Part shown: positions 34,969 to 50,045 of the stretch, piece by piece
How positions within the stretch are numbered: the first letter of the stretch is position 1
Layout of the letters: each line of letters begins with the position of its first letter
Source of the DNA: Tubulanus polymorphus
Taxonomy: Eukaryota > Animalia > Nemertea
NCBI RefSeq assembly: GCF_964204645.1
Contig: NC_134034.1
Location: forward strand, 13,529,062 to 13,593,061
Reading direction: 5' to 3'
DNA: 64,000 nt
Made by a program: the position numbers and the translations under genes
Notes under the pieces: generated by a model
Databases searched by the model: none
The model's input: only the letters and a program-made list of their open reading frames with translations
Told to the model about the DNA's origin: nothing

Positions 34969-37900
34969 TGGTGAATTCAAAATTCTTTTTATAAAGTTGT
35001 CAATATTTCACAGGCTTTTTGTTTTCGAGCTTAAGTTTTGAGATATCTCTTCGAGGTCACTCGTGAGTTTTGAGATATCTCGTCGAGGAGTCTCTCGTAC
35101 AGTTTCGAGTGCTTTTGTTGCGGAGGGTGAAATGAATTTCAATATCCTCTCAATGTAAAATTTAAGTGCTCAACATTTTTAATTGGATCTGTGCTGGATC
35201 TGTGCTGGATCTGTGCTGGATCTGTACTGCTGCAGTCTTCTGTCATAAGCAATGGACGTATAACACATAAACCTCAGATTGTTGTAGATTAGCTGCTTCT
35301 CGCGACAAATTTCAATAGAACCAGAGGTTAGTTCAATGATTATTGTCTCTGTAATGAAACTCAACCCCATAACTTGACTTAACCACAGTTGCGTGGGTTT
35401 AATTTGACTCTGAACCCAGTTCCACAGTTGTGTGTAGGGGTTTGATTTGACTGTGGATATTTGGGGGTAAACTATGAAGTCAATTTCAACCCACATCTGT
35501 ATAACCGATGTTTATATAGTAGTGATAATTCAGACCAGATGTTCACAATTCTTTTGTTGCATCACTGTTATCATCTGGACCAGTGATGCTCGAGTTCAGT
35601 CATCTGGACCAGTGATGCTGGGGTTCAGTCATCTGTAGTTTACCATCCTCAGATCAGAGATAGAAGTCGTATCGGAGTAGATGGATTTACTTTGGATTCC
35701 GGATTCTAAACATTTTCTCTGATATCTGATTTAAAGGTAGGCCTTTGTTCTTCAAGATACAGGTCCACGGTCGTTACTGCTTTTTAAGATTTGACCATTA
35801 AGCATTGAAAACATCGGAAATAAACTAAAGTGAAACCTTGAAAATCAAACTTTGCCGTCAGCTGTTGAACTATTTGTTTAAAAAATGATCACTCGCAAAT
35901 CAATTCAGCATATCCATCACTGATTCATACACTGCACTGCGGTGTAGACGCACTGAGGTTTTTCCAGATAAACTGGTTGCTTGGTTCTTCCACTCCCTCT
36001 GTCTATCTTCCACCTCGCTCTTCCCTCCTCCCCTCTCACTCCCTTCTCTTGTTTTCTTTCCCCATTCTATCCCTCTGCCTCATCTTCCCTATATCCCTTT
36101 TCCTTGCCTCCCATCTGCCCCCCTCTCCCTAAATTCCCTCACAAATTACTTAAAGCAAATTAATCTTTTATTCCTTGCAGCTGCGTCAGTTTTTTATAAA
36201 CGATCATGTATTATTAGTATTTGTGCAGCTGATTCAAATAAAATACTTCCATGCTTAGATACACGCATACTAACACATATAGCACATTTTTACGAACCAG
36301 GAAAAAAAGTCTTTGAAAGTTGATTAAAAAATGTAACTCAAGTGTCTTTTGTGCCGATTAAATTGATGAAATCATAATAGCCTACTGAAATTAGGACGGA
36401 TTTATTTCGCAAAAATCATCGATAAGCTCATTTACAAAGTCTGGATGAAACAAGAATCGAAATAAGAATATTTGGCAGTTGATATTAATGGCTGCCTGAA
36501 GCATCGAAAAAAAGTTTAGACCCGCCCTTGAACTGCTTGACTCGCTATAGACCACACCTTCGGAAACTTTTGTAGTCAAAGTTTGCAGAATTTAGACCCC
36601 TCTAGAGGTACGCTTAAACCTCAATGCACACGTCGGAGACAAAATGATTGTCCGAGATTAAACATGTTTGATTCTATGTTTCCCAGTGTTGTTTGTGTTT
36701 ATGAGAAACATGAAACATGGTTCTGGTGTTTCATCGTTTCCATGCGTCATTAGCTTCGGGATTTAGATATTTTTCATTGCCCAAAATATCGACCAAAATA
36801 CATGTCAAATCCCTAGCAGTGAATCGGTGAATCGATCAATCAGTGAATCAATGAATCAGTGAATCAATGATTCTGTGAATCTGTTCGGTATCAAGGGCTC
36901 CTTTCCTATGCCATATATTGATTTGCGGAGCCTGACAGACTCTAGGTGAGGGTTCATTTGGTTTTTGATGTAAATATTTGGAATATTTTCTCTTCACGTA
37001 TTGATATTGAACGTATGTTGCTCGAGGGGTCGATGGATGATGATGGCGTAGTCGTAGTCGGTGTAGCAGATGTTTTGATCTAATGAACAGATGGTTCAAT
37101 ACAATCTCATATACAGATATTCAATACTAGTCTTATCATATACTTTATATTCTATCACTGGCAAGTGAGTATTAGTTATTAGTCAACAATCTTATTTAGC
37201 CCTGAGTTTCTCGTGCCTGTTTCCCCTGTTTCTCTGTCTCTGTTTCCCCTATTTCTCTGTCTCTGTTTCCCCTGTCTCTCTGTCCCTCCACTATCCCACT
37301 CTCCATCCCTCTCTCCCACATTCGTGTGTTCTTAATTCGGGAGGAGTTCATAATCGTTTGAAAGCAAGATCGACTGATCTCTGATGACTGATCTCTGATG
37401 ACTGATATCTAACGTCTGATGTTGTACGTCTCGACTAAAATGTTTAGAGAGGAAACAAGTTCTAATGATTTTACACCCAGACCCTCGTCTCTCCTCGTCT
37501 CTCAGATTCCCGACGATGCTGCAGCTGCAGACATCCCTCGGGAATTCTTTGTCTCGATATATTTCGATAAGAAATCGATGCCGCAAAAAACTAATTGCGG
37601 ATCGCGCGGCTCTGCAGCGTTCCGGGAGTAGGCATGACGATAGTTTACGTGGTTCTATTCAATGAAAACTGATAAGCAATTAAAGTTTGAATCCTCAGAC
37701 ACGCCGTCCACATTCGTCACTTAAGTTAAGACCGGTTTTATCGGATCAATGTTTTCCATTTCTTCAACTTAGATCTAAAAGTTTTGATGATGCGCGACTC
37801 ATACAGAGATGTCAATTTGACACGTCGTAAACGACGGGTTCTTAAAGAATCGGTGATTTATTTAATCGATGTGAATCTAATAGTGATGAAGTTAACATCC

Positions 37901-38258
37901 AATGGCTTCATTCTAGACCAAATGAATTAATTTACATAACTCTATTTAACAATTAGAAATAATTCAATGATATTTTTTCCGGACCTGCTCAGTCTACCCC
38001 TCATTTCTAAGCAATTAAACGTGGACCGTTTTATTCGAGATATTGGGCCCTATTTAGGCAACACCTTCCCCTTAAGAGATCTAGGTCACATAATGATAAT
38101 GATATGTTTATCGTTAATAGATGATGCGTGTATATAAGAGATTTTTCACCGAGGACAGATTGAAATATTATGGTACAAAATGTGGGTTGATGCTGGAGAA
38201 CAATGTGTTCTACATATTGAGATAAATCAACATGCCTGAGATATCTGCCTCATATCTG

Positions 38259-38571
38259 CCTCTCTCTCTCTCTCTCTCTCTCCCTCTCTCCCTCTCTCCC
38301 TCTCTCCCTCTCTCCCTCTCTCCCTCTCTCCCTCTCTCCCTCTCTCCCTCTCTCCCTCTCTCCCTCTCTCCCTCTCTCCCTCTCTCCCTCTCTCCCTCTC
38401 TCCCTCTCTCCCTCTCTCCCTCTCTCCCTCTCTCCCTCTCTCCCTCTCTCCCTCTCTCCCTCTCTCCCTCTCTCCCTCTCTCCCTCTCTCCCTCTCTCCC
38501 TCTCTCCCTCTCTCCCTCTCTCCCTCTCTCCCTCTCTCCCTCTCTCCCTCTCTCCCTCTCTCCCTCTCTCC

Positions 38572-38602
<31 letters not shown>

Positions 38603-38637
38603 CCTCTCTCCCTCTCTCCCTCTCTCCCTCTCTCTCC
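38259..38637. repeat. (CCCTCTCT)n / (CT)n polypyrimidine tract
   Basis: 8-bp unit, ~380 bp. Confidence 0.95.
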
Positions 38638-41342
38638 AACTCCCCACTCCCCTCCATCTCCCCTTCTCTTTACTCTCACCCCCTTCACAATATATAATTT
38701 CAGCCAGTCACAATGCCAGCTATTCGCAGCTGTTGTTTGCTGTCAGGTAGTTTATGACCGCAGTATTTTCCTTTAAGTGGAAGTGACAGCGAATTAATCT
38801 AGAAACCGTCGATAAATACCTCTCGCATAATTAATTAATACGCGCGAAAAATGATGAATAATCTTCCGTTTTTATTTTTCATAGAAATTCTTGCTAAGGA
38901 ATAACGGACGATTAAACAAAAAGCACTCGCGTAACATATGTTAGAATTTTTTTTTCTTTTCAGCCGTAGGGTACAAAAAACGTATTAAAAATTTCGTCGA
39001 AATTAGCTATGGCAACACATTGCAACGGCGTAGGTTTTATTTATCGTAACACGCCGGGTCTATTGATGTCTCATCCCCCCCTTCTCTTCGTATGGCTCAA
39101 AAAAGATCTGTTAAAAACTTCCTCGAATTTATCGATGGCAACACGTTTCGCGGCGTCTATTTTCAAACGCTCGTTTTTTCAAAGAAATTCTTTTTTTTTC
39201 GAAATGTATTCTACACGCGGTGAGTTCTATTCAGGTAGTTCGCGAGGGACATAAAGCGTAGTACAATAGACTATTACGCCATCGCGTAAGGTGCACAATT
39301 CGTCTTCGCTATAAATTTGTCGAGAGGAGTTTCGAAGCGTCTGCTCGGTCCTCCTATTGTACTCGGAATAGATCTCGGCCCAGATCTCGGCCCAGATCTC
39401 GGCCCGTGTGGGCTCTGATTATTGGCAGGTTGCTCGGAGACAAGTTTACACATTATTGTATTTATTGTCCCCGATGATTCGGTGTGCGGGCTATTGTCGA
39501 TGTTAATTATATTATATTTGGGAATGTTTGAGGGATAAAAGATGTCCTAGATATTTTAGCCGGTGGCGGTGGCCCGAATAACGGTCTCATTTGAGAATTG
39601 CGTCTGCTCATATCTATACGTGTTATTGTTGGTAGAGTTGCGAAGAACGATGACAAAATATATTTACGGTGAACATCTCTGATAACTGTTTACTGGAACT
39701 CGTATGAAACATTGCTGTTTACAGAAATCTTGTGGAATATTACTGAAATCTTGGATTATTGCTGATATGATAGAAATCTTGGAATATCACAAGATATCTT
39801 CCCGAGGATATAAGACTGATTAGAAAGATCGTGTGTGGAATTAAAGAAGCTTTGATCATATGCCGGCAGTGGGTATTGTGTTGACAAACTGAATTGTCTT
39901 ATGTTTTGATCTGTCAGTAATTCTGTAGCATTGGTCAACGATTGACCTCAAATACAGGTGACTCAAAGTTTATCGGAGGTAGTTCGAATTACTGATCGTA
40001 AATGACTTATATGCACTGCATATGATTCATCAAAAGTGGCGAGCGACACCTTTCTGTTTGTCTTAATGTCAATAATGTGTCATAGTTGATCACTGATTGT
40101 GTTCAGGATCGAGAGAATGATAAAGAGTTTATCAGTGAAAACACTTCATGGTGTGTAAGACTACAAGGAGGGTGTAGTTTTATAACCCGGAAAATTTTAA
40201 ACTCATTCACAGGAAAGGGTTTTTTCGTTGGTACATGACTGAGTTACCCAAAATGATTCTGTCAAAACTCTTGATTAGTGATAGATACCCAGTTTGATTC
40301 TATTTCTGTAGGTTTTGAAAGGTAGAACTTTTTCGGTAAAGTCCAAGATAAAAAAGACAAATACGTGAACTAAGATGAACTCATTGAGTTACCGAACATA
40401 GATCTTTGTAAATATATCAGAACTCGTAGAGTTTTCTATCATCGTTATTACAAAATATAGACAAACTTTACGAATACATCTAGAATAGAACTAATAAGTA
40501 CACGTGACCTGATGTAGGTTCCAGCGATTGTATTATGACTACGACGTGTGTCCATCACCGCGACTACGTCGAATGCTTTGTGATGATTCAAGGACTACGA
40601 TGATATCGAATGCGATTGTGACGTCGGTCTACTACGGGAGTTTGTAACTCTGATGAAAGTTTGCGCACGTGGCTCGTTTCTAATTACTCATATTATTTAT
40701 GCGAAGGGAGCCGAGCGGAGTTGGAGCAACCCTTGTACAGTCATCGTTTCTGTGCTCGTAGTTCAACTTGCAAACTCTTTGTAACGTAACCCACTGAGAC
40801 TGCTGCCGCCCAATGACTGCTGCTATTGGCATTGTGATATTTGATAATTGAGAGACTCATAATCAGCTAATTGGCAGCTGGGCTAGACTGAATTTATTCC
40901 TGTGGATTAAACGCTACAGTCATGGAATAAGACTGCTGATATATCCACCTTTGCTTCGTGATGTTGTAGATTGATGTTGATACGATTGTTTACTTGCTAC
41001 ACATTTTTCATTGACCTCCGATCGGAAACCGGGTCACACTCTCCGGGTCATACTCTCCGGATCAAAACCGGGTCAATTCGCATCTGGATTTTCAGCTAGT
41101 ACAACGTTCATTAAGTTCGAGAGAAATTTATGGATTTAAATCTAGCGGATTTTTTACGATGACATGTGCCAGTAGAAACTAGGTCGTTTACGGAATATCA
41201 TGGTTAAAACTTTACGCCCGTTTGTGGCTGCAGAAAGTTTGCACATTCTACAAGAGTCTCCTTCAAAACCGCAGGTACGTTTGATAAGCTCATTGATAGC
41301 CATATTTAAAAGGGCATGTTATAAACTGATTCTAGAAGTCAG

Positions 41343-41450
41343 GGCCCAGTTCCACAGTTGTGAGTTAGAGTTAACTCTGAGTTAAAATTAGTTCATTTTC
41401 AATGAGTTAACTCAGAGTCAAATCTTAACTCAGAACTGTGGAACTGGATC
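41343..41450. mobile_element. MITE (family B), apparent parent of the 39-bp minisatellite
   Basis: cag|GGCCCAGTTCCACAGTTGTGAGTTA ... TAACTCAGAACTGTGGAACTGGATC|caa; internal palindromes. Confidence 0.8.
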
Positions 41451-44339
41451 CAAGTTAGCTCATATAAAGCAGTATAGAAGAAGTCATATTAGCTCCTTGA
41501 TGGCCGTATTGAAAAAGTCATATTGAACATTCCTTGATAGGAACAGGTTCTTCGATGGCCATTATGATAAAATCATCTGCTTGAATACCATATTAGAAAA
41601 AAAGTTTTATAACACCAAAAACTTTGATAACCTTTGTATTGAAGTGGTTGTTATCATCTGAAAAGGCATATATGCTAAAATCCTCTGCAGCCATATTTAA
41701 ATGTCATTAATCCTCTTTTTAATCTTCTCTTTTTAAAGATTAACAAGATTCCCACTGAAATATGAGCACAAATTTTGTGTAAATTTTTTTGCGAAACATT
41801 CATCTGTGTTGAAATGATGTCGTACTTGAAATACATTATAACATATATATTGATGAGTATGCAACTTCTACGTGGCTGCGCTATATTAAAATAATTCATC
41901 AATATTATTGATCGTAATTTGCGGGAGTGTAAAGTATAAATTCACCCAACGAAGTTTATGTCGTTATTAAATGGCGCGCATTGCGCCCGAAGCTCTCTGC
42001 TATTCATCATGTATCGCTCTGCTGCTCGGCTGTGGGTGTGTTTACAAAAACAATATACGTCGTTGGTTGCTACTATGTGTATTCCTGGCAAAATCAATTC
42101 ATGAGCATTTTATTCTAGTTAGACTCCGTTAGAAAATTGGTGATCATTTAATGTTCCGTATAGATGCAACACACACGTTTTATTCAGAGATGTTTTTAGG
42201 GGTTTTCATATTGATCTAGTGTGTATCTGTTTAATGTCGGTACGTTAAGAGACCCTTGTGAAACACTTTGGCGATCGCTATTGGTCAAATAACTAGATTG
42301 TAAGTGCCGGTTTTAGCTACCATCGCTCGTAGTCAAACAGTTCCAGACCGCACAGAAGAGCAGGGTTTGGCGCGTTAATTAGAGAGCGTCATTTACTCGA
42401 TACTAAAATACTATCGAACCATTGCGGCAGGAACACCGAGTTCAGTCAGAACCCACACGAAATAATTTGAACTGTGCTAAAATTTGACACGGGCCTGGTC
42501 CGACATTTTTTTTCTGACATTTTTGGCTGGTCTGGATTAAGTCTGTGCCAAACAGGCATACGATGGATTCGCCCGCACGACGTATGGCGTTTGTGAGACA
42601 CCCTGTTCATGTTGGCTCTTCTGTTATCAGTTTCTTGGTACACAGACATGAAACAAACCTGAGAAATTTTTTCGGTCTCGTTTCTTTTCTTTCGCAGAAC
42701 GCCGTGGTCCGGTGGTCCGGTGTTGTGGTGATAGGAATTTACATAACCGCTGGTATTATTATGAACACCTATCAGTAAGGTGTGAAATACCTCGTATTCA
42801 CTATGCTAGACGCAAGTGTTCTGAAGTAGTTCTTTTCGCACGGCGCACGAACAATGCAAAGATGTGTTAATCAATTCAAATGAATTGTCTCAACTCCTTT
42901 ATACCTCGCCGGAGCATTGTTCAGACGTGCACCGCCTGGCGCCGAGATTTTCAAATTTCCGGCTGATAGCTTGTCAATTGCATCCTCCACAATTGTGCGG
43001 CCACACTCCTGAGTCCATTCAATATGGATGGTCATTTTTGTGCTTTGAATACGTTCAAATCGGGCGGTCCATCCTCCCGGTCAAATCACGGTCAAATCAC
43101 GGTCAAAACGAGTGAGTAAGTGAATGACTTCTGATTCGAATTGTCACCGGTCATTCCTTACCAAACTCGGGCACCTTCTTACTTTTACCTGACTGACGTT
43201 TTTAAGTAAAATTGTGACTAGTTTCTCGGGGATGATGACAATTTTCTTATCGTCGCAGCAAAACTATGATTAGGTACGTATCATATCCTTCTCATGCTTG
43301 GTGACTTTGATGATTCGGTAAAATTTTGACCTTGTACCTACATGTGCTTCCCAATGATTCTGCTGTTCAGAAAACCGACTATAAATCAATTCTCTTTTAC
43401 ATAAATCTTTCCGCGCGCTGACAAAAAGGTCACGTGCCTTAAAAAAGGCCATTAGGGATATAACATTGACATTGTTTCAGTGAAATTGCCTTAAAGCTTT
43501 ACGTCATGTCGCAGTCAGCTTTCCGTCGCAGTGTCAGATATTGATGTTATATATCGGTTGTTATTGGATTTGTCATAGATGATTTATACACAGTCTGCTT
43601 TCTGAGTTTCTATAACAAAAAGTCAGCGAACTCTATAACAAGAAGTCAGCTTCCCCCAATTCCCCCAATTCCCTCAATTCCGTGTCACGCTTTCATATCT
43701 GTCGTCTCCGATGGCATCAGTGATTCTCTCGTGATATTTTCATCAGCTATTCGTAATACAATAGACTGCGCTTGCCTCGGATTATGGGGTCTAAGATTTT
43801 CTCGTTGGAATTCTCGCGATAGCGTCCCATCGACACACTGCCCCGGGTAAACCGTATAGAGAATTTATGGTTCCCATATGATTCAAGCGGTGTCCCGTAT
43901 ATGGTGTTTCTCATTATTCTAAAATCAAAGTTTTAAGGTTTTGAGGTGGAAAGGTTTTTGAAACAATATTGTAGACTCGGCTTGATTAGAAAACGTTGTT
44001 GGGCTGATAATAAACCAGTCTCACCGAACCATGTCGTAGTGAAGGGTGTTCCACTACTATCATCTCCGTAGTTCATCTCGTCGGTCGGTCGGCTTATCTA
44101 CCGAGAGAAAGTAGCGTAAAATACCGGGTTGATTGATCGATGGCTTGATTGAATCAATCCGAGATAGAGAAGTGTTTTAAAGATAATATATAAAGATGTC
44201 TGGTTAGGGGTGGAGGAGGGAGGAGGGATCAGTCGGTACATGTCGGTGATACACTGTTCTAAATATAACCATACATCATGAAAAAAATCATTATCATTCT
44301 CTAGCAGAATTCATGACTGGTGGATTAGGAGCCCCTCAA

Positions 44340-44910
44340 CCCTCTCTCCTCTCCTGCCTTTCGACCTCTCCTCCCTCTCGACCTCTCTCCTCTCCTCCCT
44401 CTCGACCTCTCCTCCCTCTCGACCTCTCCCTCTCGACCTCTCTCCTCCCTCTCGACCTCTCATCTCCCTCTCTCCTCTCCTCCCTCTCTCCCTCTCTCAT
44501 CTCCTCCCTCTCTCCCTCTCTCCCTCTCTCCTCTCCTCCCTCTCGACCTCTCCTCCCTCTCTCCTCTCCTCCCTCTCGACCTCTCTCTTCTCCCTCTCCC
44601 TCTCTCCTCTCCTCCCTCTCTCATCTCCTCCCTCTCTCATCTCCCTCTCTCTCCTCCCTCTCGACCTCTCTCCTCTCCTCCCTTTCGACCTCTCCTTCTC
44701 GACCTCTCTCCTCTCCTCCCTTTCGACCTCTCCCTCTCGACCTCTTTCCTCTCCTCCCTCTCATCCCTCTCGACCTCTCTCATCTCCTCCCTCTCTCATC
44801 TCCCTCTCTCTCCTCCCTCTCGACCTCTTTCCTCTCCCTCTCTCCTCTCCTCCCTCTCGACCTCTTTCCTCTCCTCCCTCTCATCCGTCCTCATTTTCCC
44901 CTCTCCCCTT
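44340..44910. repeat. CT-rich minisatellite (CTCTCGACCTCTC variants)
   Basis: Low-complexity tandem units. Confidence 0.88.
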
Positions 44911-46167
44911 TTAGAGAGGGTCCCCTCACCCCTATCAGTTCACCCGATTACCCATCTGATATATCACGTTACAGACCTGTTTGCCCTTCTCTACGATCTC
45001 CAGCTCTTTGCTGTCTCTCTCATTCTGCATCGTATCCATCTTCCACTCGATCTTCTTCTCTCTCCGGTGACATGTTTATGAAATTAACCGTGGCGTGTTT
45101 TGATGTGTGTAGAGGGGGGGTTGAGATATCACAAATTGGTGACAGTGTCAGTAATCTACTTTCGTCAATACGTAGTGCGGAGACTGAGGCAGATGATAGA
45201 CTGGCAGAGAGTGAGACAGAGGGAGAGAGGAGAGAGGAGAGAGGGAGAGTGAGACTGGCAGTGAGGGAGAGTGAGACTGGGAGAGTGAGACTGGGAGAGG
45301 GAGAGGGAGAGTGTGTCTGGGAGAGTGAGACTGGGAGAGGGAGAGGGAGAGTTGGAGAGAGAGAGAGGGAGAGAGAGAAGAAACACGAGAAGAGACTGAT
45401 AGAAATAATAGTCAGATAGATGAGACACACTGATAGACTGACGAACGCCTGCGGGTTCCGTCGGGTTCCGTCGTCGCGACAAAACTCTCCCTTTCACCGG
45501 CGTCAGTCGTCGTCAGATGATCAGCAATGTCAAGGTCGTTTGCTGTCTGCCGTGATAGACCGCCGTCATACAACATATATTTATATGTGTTTACATTTCA
45601 AAGTGACACATTTTTGTCAAAACGACACCCGATAATAAATTTCACGAATAGAATCGAATCTTTCGGATGAAGGTTTGTCAGCGCAGATTGCGACGCTGTT
45701 ACAGACAGTGGTTTTTATTGCAAAAGCGTCTAATCCGCCTTTTTGGTTCTTTACCCCGTGACAATGTTGTTTACTGATAATGCACCCGTATTAATCTGCT
45801 GCCGGAACCCCGAGCCCCTTCAAACATTCGATACTTTATCCCTATTCTTCCAATTTTTTGTCGTCCAATTAAGGTGTTCAGAACGTCACCTGAGACATAT
45901 TTACAAACATCAGATATTAGACGTTTTATCAGCGCACTTCCAAAAACTGATCGTCCGCACTTCACATGTGTTCAGTGCTTCACCTGAGACATTTTTAACT
46001 GACTACAAACCACAAACACCGGCACAAAAAGTGTTCATTTCTTGTACGACATTAGCGAATGCCTGAACCTGATTTGAAATGTCATTTTCTCATTTTCTCA
46101 TTTTCTCATTTGTTTCAATTCAATTCTATTCTATAAATAGATCACGGAAGCCTCGGTCGTGTTTCAT

Positions 46168-46267
46168 ACTGCTGCTGCTGGTGCTGCTGCTGCTGGTGCT
46201 GCTGCTGGTGCTGGTGCTGGTGCTGCTGCCGCCGCCGCCGCCGCCGCCGCTGCTGCTGCTGCTGCTG
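46168..46267. repeat. (CTG/GTG/CCG)n trinucleotide tract
   Basis: Direct reading. Confidence 0.9.
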
Positions 46268-46683
46268 TGATGCGGATATGACTAACTAATGTCTGGTTAT
46301 GAAATTATGAACGTGAAAAAAACGTTCACGAAATTGACACAACACGAAAATACGTGACAAAAGAATTAATAGTTTTTCCCCGTCAAACGCCCTCCCCCTG
46401 AGAATGCTGCCCTTCCAGAGCAGACTGAGCCACCTCCTCCCCCCTGAGAGACACCCCCCCCCCCCCGGCGACTGAGCGGTCTGCATGAGATTACTTCTGA
46501 GCTTGATGAGATCATATCTAGAAAAAGCGTTGTCGTCTTTGTGTGTTTTTGTCGCGTTTTATGTTTGTCGGTTCTTATTAAGACGCCGGGTATTTAATCG
46601 GGTTCACCTCGGTTCTTTGTTCATCGGTTTGGATGTTCTTCATCTGTGGAACTGCATCGAGAGACAACTGAAACCAGAACCAA

Positions 46684-46799
46684 AATAAACCCACACAACT
46701 GTGGAACTGGGCTCAGAGTAAGATCAAAGTCACATAACCGTGAAACTGGGTCCGGAGTCAAATTAAACCCACACAACTGTGGAACTGGATCCAGAGTCA
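46684..46799 (+). repeat. 39-bp minisatellite, short array
   Basis: ~3 copies. Confidence 0.8.
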
Positions 46800-47541
46800 T
46801 TAAAGAGCCATAACTGTCAAACAGGATGCATATGTTTTGATGACACTATGCAGTTCATTTTATTTTGATGTATTTAATAGAACCAGACACAGAACCGGTA
46901 TAACTGATGTTGACTCATTGCATCTCTCTCTACGAGCAGCGAGCGAGCGGTATCCCTATGATAAATCTGATTCCTTACTACTGCTCTTTGAGAGTTAAAA
47001 CTATGTATGGTAACCTCTATAGGTAATACAGTTGCCTGACATTATCCTTGAAGCATCTTCCAACGAGCCTGAACCAGCATTTTATTTAATTTCCTATTTT
47101 TAATTGATTCTACGCTTAAAGTATTCATGATTAGTGGATGTCTCTCCCTCTCCTTACTTCCCTGTGGATAGTAAATCTTCATGCCTTCAGGCTGAATCAA
47201 GTGACTAGTTGTATTTCACCCGAGGCTGTTCTAGAACCACTGAGAACTTCATGCCTCGAGGCTATGAACATTTCTAGCCTGGAGGCATTTACGGCTGTGA
47301 GTGTGTGTGCCATCAATACCTGTCTCAGGGGAATCAGCTCTTGATTAAACTCTATCAAAGTTGGAAATAAATCGCTTTGTTTTTTCTGACGCTGATATTG
47401 AATTTCGATTTTGAAATCGTGAACATGAAAGGTTGATTCGAGGTCATCTCATTAGAATCGATGGTTCAGTGTCTTTATATGGCAAAGATAATCGGCTGTA
47501 GAATAAACAACCCAGTTGTAATTTGCGACCAATGTCAATTA

Positions 47542-47995
47542 AGACTAGTTTATGGTTGTTAGATTGAATATAGAACCAAAATGAGCTTAGACTGGTCTCA
47601 AGTTGTTAGATTGGTTATAGAACTAAAATGAGCTTAGACTGGTCTCAAGTTGTTAGATTGGTTATAGAACCAAAATGAGTTTAGACTGATCTTAAGTTGT
47701 TAGATTGGTTATAGAACTAAAATGAGTTTAGACTGATCTTAAGTTGTTAGATTGGTTATAGAACTAAAATGAGTTTAGACTGATCTTAAGTTGTTAGATT
47801 GGTTATAGAACTAAAATGAGTTTAGACTGATCTTAAGTTGTTAGATTGGTTATAGAACTAAAATGAGTTTAGACTGATCTTAAGTTGTTAGATTGGTTAT
47901 AGAACTAAAATGAACTTAGACTGGTCTTAAGTTGTTAGATTGGTTATGGAACCAAAATGAGTTTAGACTGGTCTCAAGTTTGTAGATTGAATATA
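47542..47995 (+). repeat. 47-bp minisatellite derived from the interior of MITE family A
   Basis: ~9.5 copies of TAGAACTAAAATGAGTTTAGACTGATCTTAAGTTGTTAGATTGGTTA; matches 1331-1390. Confidence 0.9.
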
Positions 47996-49192
47996 GACTC
48001 GATATTGCCGTACATTAAGTTGGTGTCGGTCGTGTATTTTTACAGTTGAACCGTAACGATGATAATTTCATGTCATCGTCGTTCGTTCGATGGCTACTGA
48101 TGAAAATAACACCGCGTCAAATCAGCAACAGTTAATTAACGAACATCCTTGACAACGCGGAGATTAACCGCGGGTATAAAGATGAGAGCAAGCAGCCCGA
48201 CGATAAGTTTCATTCTAAGAAACAGAGCTCTCAACTCATATGGGACGAGAGCATCTCCTCAAATATGTATCGTATATTTAATTATAAACCGACTGCGTCT
48301 TCATCTGAAAACAAAGCGTACTGCAATTCTATGAATATTCGATATTTCGAATAGCACTATAGACACGGCCTCCCGGTCGGACTGTCATCGCACTCTAATC
48401 ATGTACTCTGTGGTTCTACAAACCGATCTAACATCAGTAGACCAGTCTAAAGACAAATCTAACATCAGTAGACCAGTCTAAGCTCGTTTCGGTTCTTTAA
48501 CCAATCTATCAACTTAAAAGACTAGTCTACGACCAACTAACAACTTAAGGCCAGTCAGTTTGGTTCTCAAGCCAATCTAACAACTTAAGACCCAAGACCG
48601 GTCTTATGATTTAAGATGACCGAGATAATTCAAGATGACTTATGATAAGCCCTGGATTGATTAGAGACTAGGCTTTAGGCTTAGAGTAGTGGACTGAAGC
48701 TGGTCGTTCAATAGACTGGTCCGTATAGTTCTGTCGACCGGTCCACAGGTGCAGATTTACCGGACCATTAGTGTACCTTTGAAACTGAACGGGAAATAAG
48801 CAGAGATTGTATAAATATCCGGCTTGATGATGAATTTCTTATAGATTCTTTGTAACTAATGGAACGTCGTGCTATAAATAAAAACTTCAGTAATAATCCA
48901 TTGTTTCCGCAAAAAAGACGAATGATTGGTGTCTTCCAGCGAACGGCCTCGCTGTCAATATCCGGTAGCATTACTACGAGCGCAACAATTAGAAGCTAAT
49001 TGTTTGTCGTAACCGTGGCGATGAGCGTGTTGTTACCATGGTGATGTAAATGTCGTTTCCGTGGAGATAATACGAGTTAATGCGATCTGTTTTAATTGTT
49101 CAGATACGAGGACCCGATGAGGTTCCCCCGATGAGGTTCTGCTTGTCTGTCTGTTGAGTTAAAATGTCAGAATTTAAGTTACAAACAATCCC

Positions 49193-49468
49193 TTAACCCT
49201 TTTAGTGCGTATACACCACGGTGCGGTGTTTAAATCGGTGATGGGCTTTGCTAATACGCCGCATCACGGTGTATTGATGTAATAAGTAATTAGTTTTTAT
49301 CTCTATTGCAAGATGGTAGCACCTGTCAAACATAGTGAAATAATAGTAACTAATGATACACCGCACCGCGGTGCAGATGCACTATAGCCGTATGTCCGTT
49401 ATTCAACATACCGGGGTAGAATTTCTAAAAAAATTCAAATTATATCCAGCACTTTAGGGTATTAATTA
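49193..49468. mobile_element. piggyBac-like non-autonomous element, copy 1
   Basis: Starts TTAA-CCCTTTTAGTGC; clearly homologous to 52431-52671 (AGTAATTAGTT-TATCTCTATTG-AAGATGG-AGCACCTGT). Confidence 0.6.
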
Positions 49469-50045
49469 GTCAAACCAGTCTTAATATCATCGATATTTGG
49501 CTCCCAAACTTCTAACTGTTGGAAAAGATTTTTTAGGCAAAATTGTTCAAAAATTTTCATAATTGTTTGGGACGGTTGTTTGTCTCGAGAAATTCTGTGG
49601 AGAAATTGCCATGTATCGCCATGACGACAGTGCGTGTATAACGCAACAGTGTCGTGTATTAGAAGAGATATTAAGAATTAAATCGGATTCTGAAGCTCCG
49701 GCTCCGGCTCCGGCTCCAGTTCTCAGTGAGTAATCGGTTAATTAAATTGAGACGTTATAATCTGGACGGCTTGAGGGATTATACGGGATTATCTGTCGAG
49801 ATAATCTGATTGGTTGATATATATTGGTTTATATATATATATATATATAGTGCTGTAGTGGAATGTTAATGTCCATATTTGATTTTTGAATCGCTGTGTT
49901 GTTGATTGTGTTCCGGTTGATCGGAGCATGATTTCTCTGTTCCACATTTGTTGTGGTCTTAATTCGACCTTGGAAGTCAATTTCTTTAGACACGTCACGT
50001 ACGCAGTGATAAAATTAAAACCGCATAAATATGGAAGCGGATATT

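Noticed and set aside
37419-37631. Possible further MRL alternative exon (MFREETSS...)
   Set aside because: The only nearby donor-like site is weak and phase 2, incompatible with the phase-0 junction; no homology evidence
38210-38750. RE/LS-repeat ORFs
   Set aside because: (CCCTCTCT)n microsatellite
44313-45419. 368-aa ORF
   Set aside because: Mostly translated CT- and GA-rich microsatellite; no domain or convincing splice context
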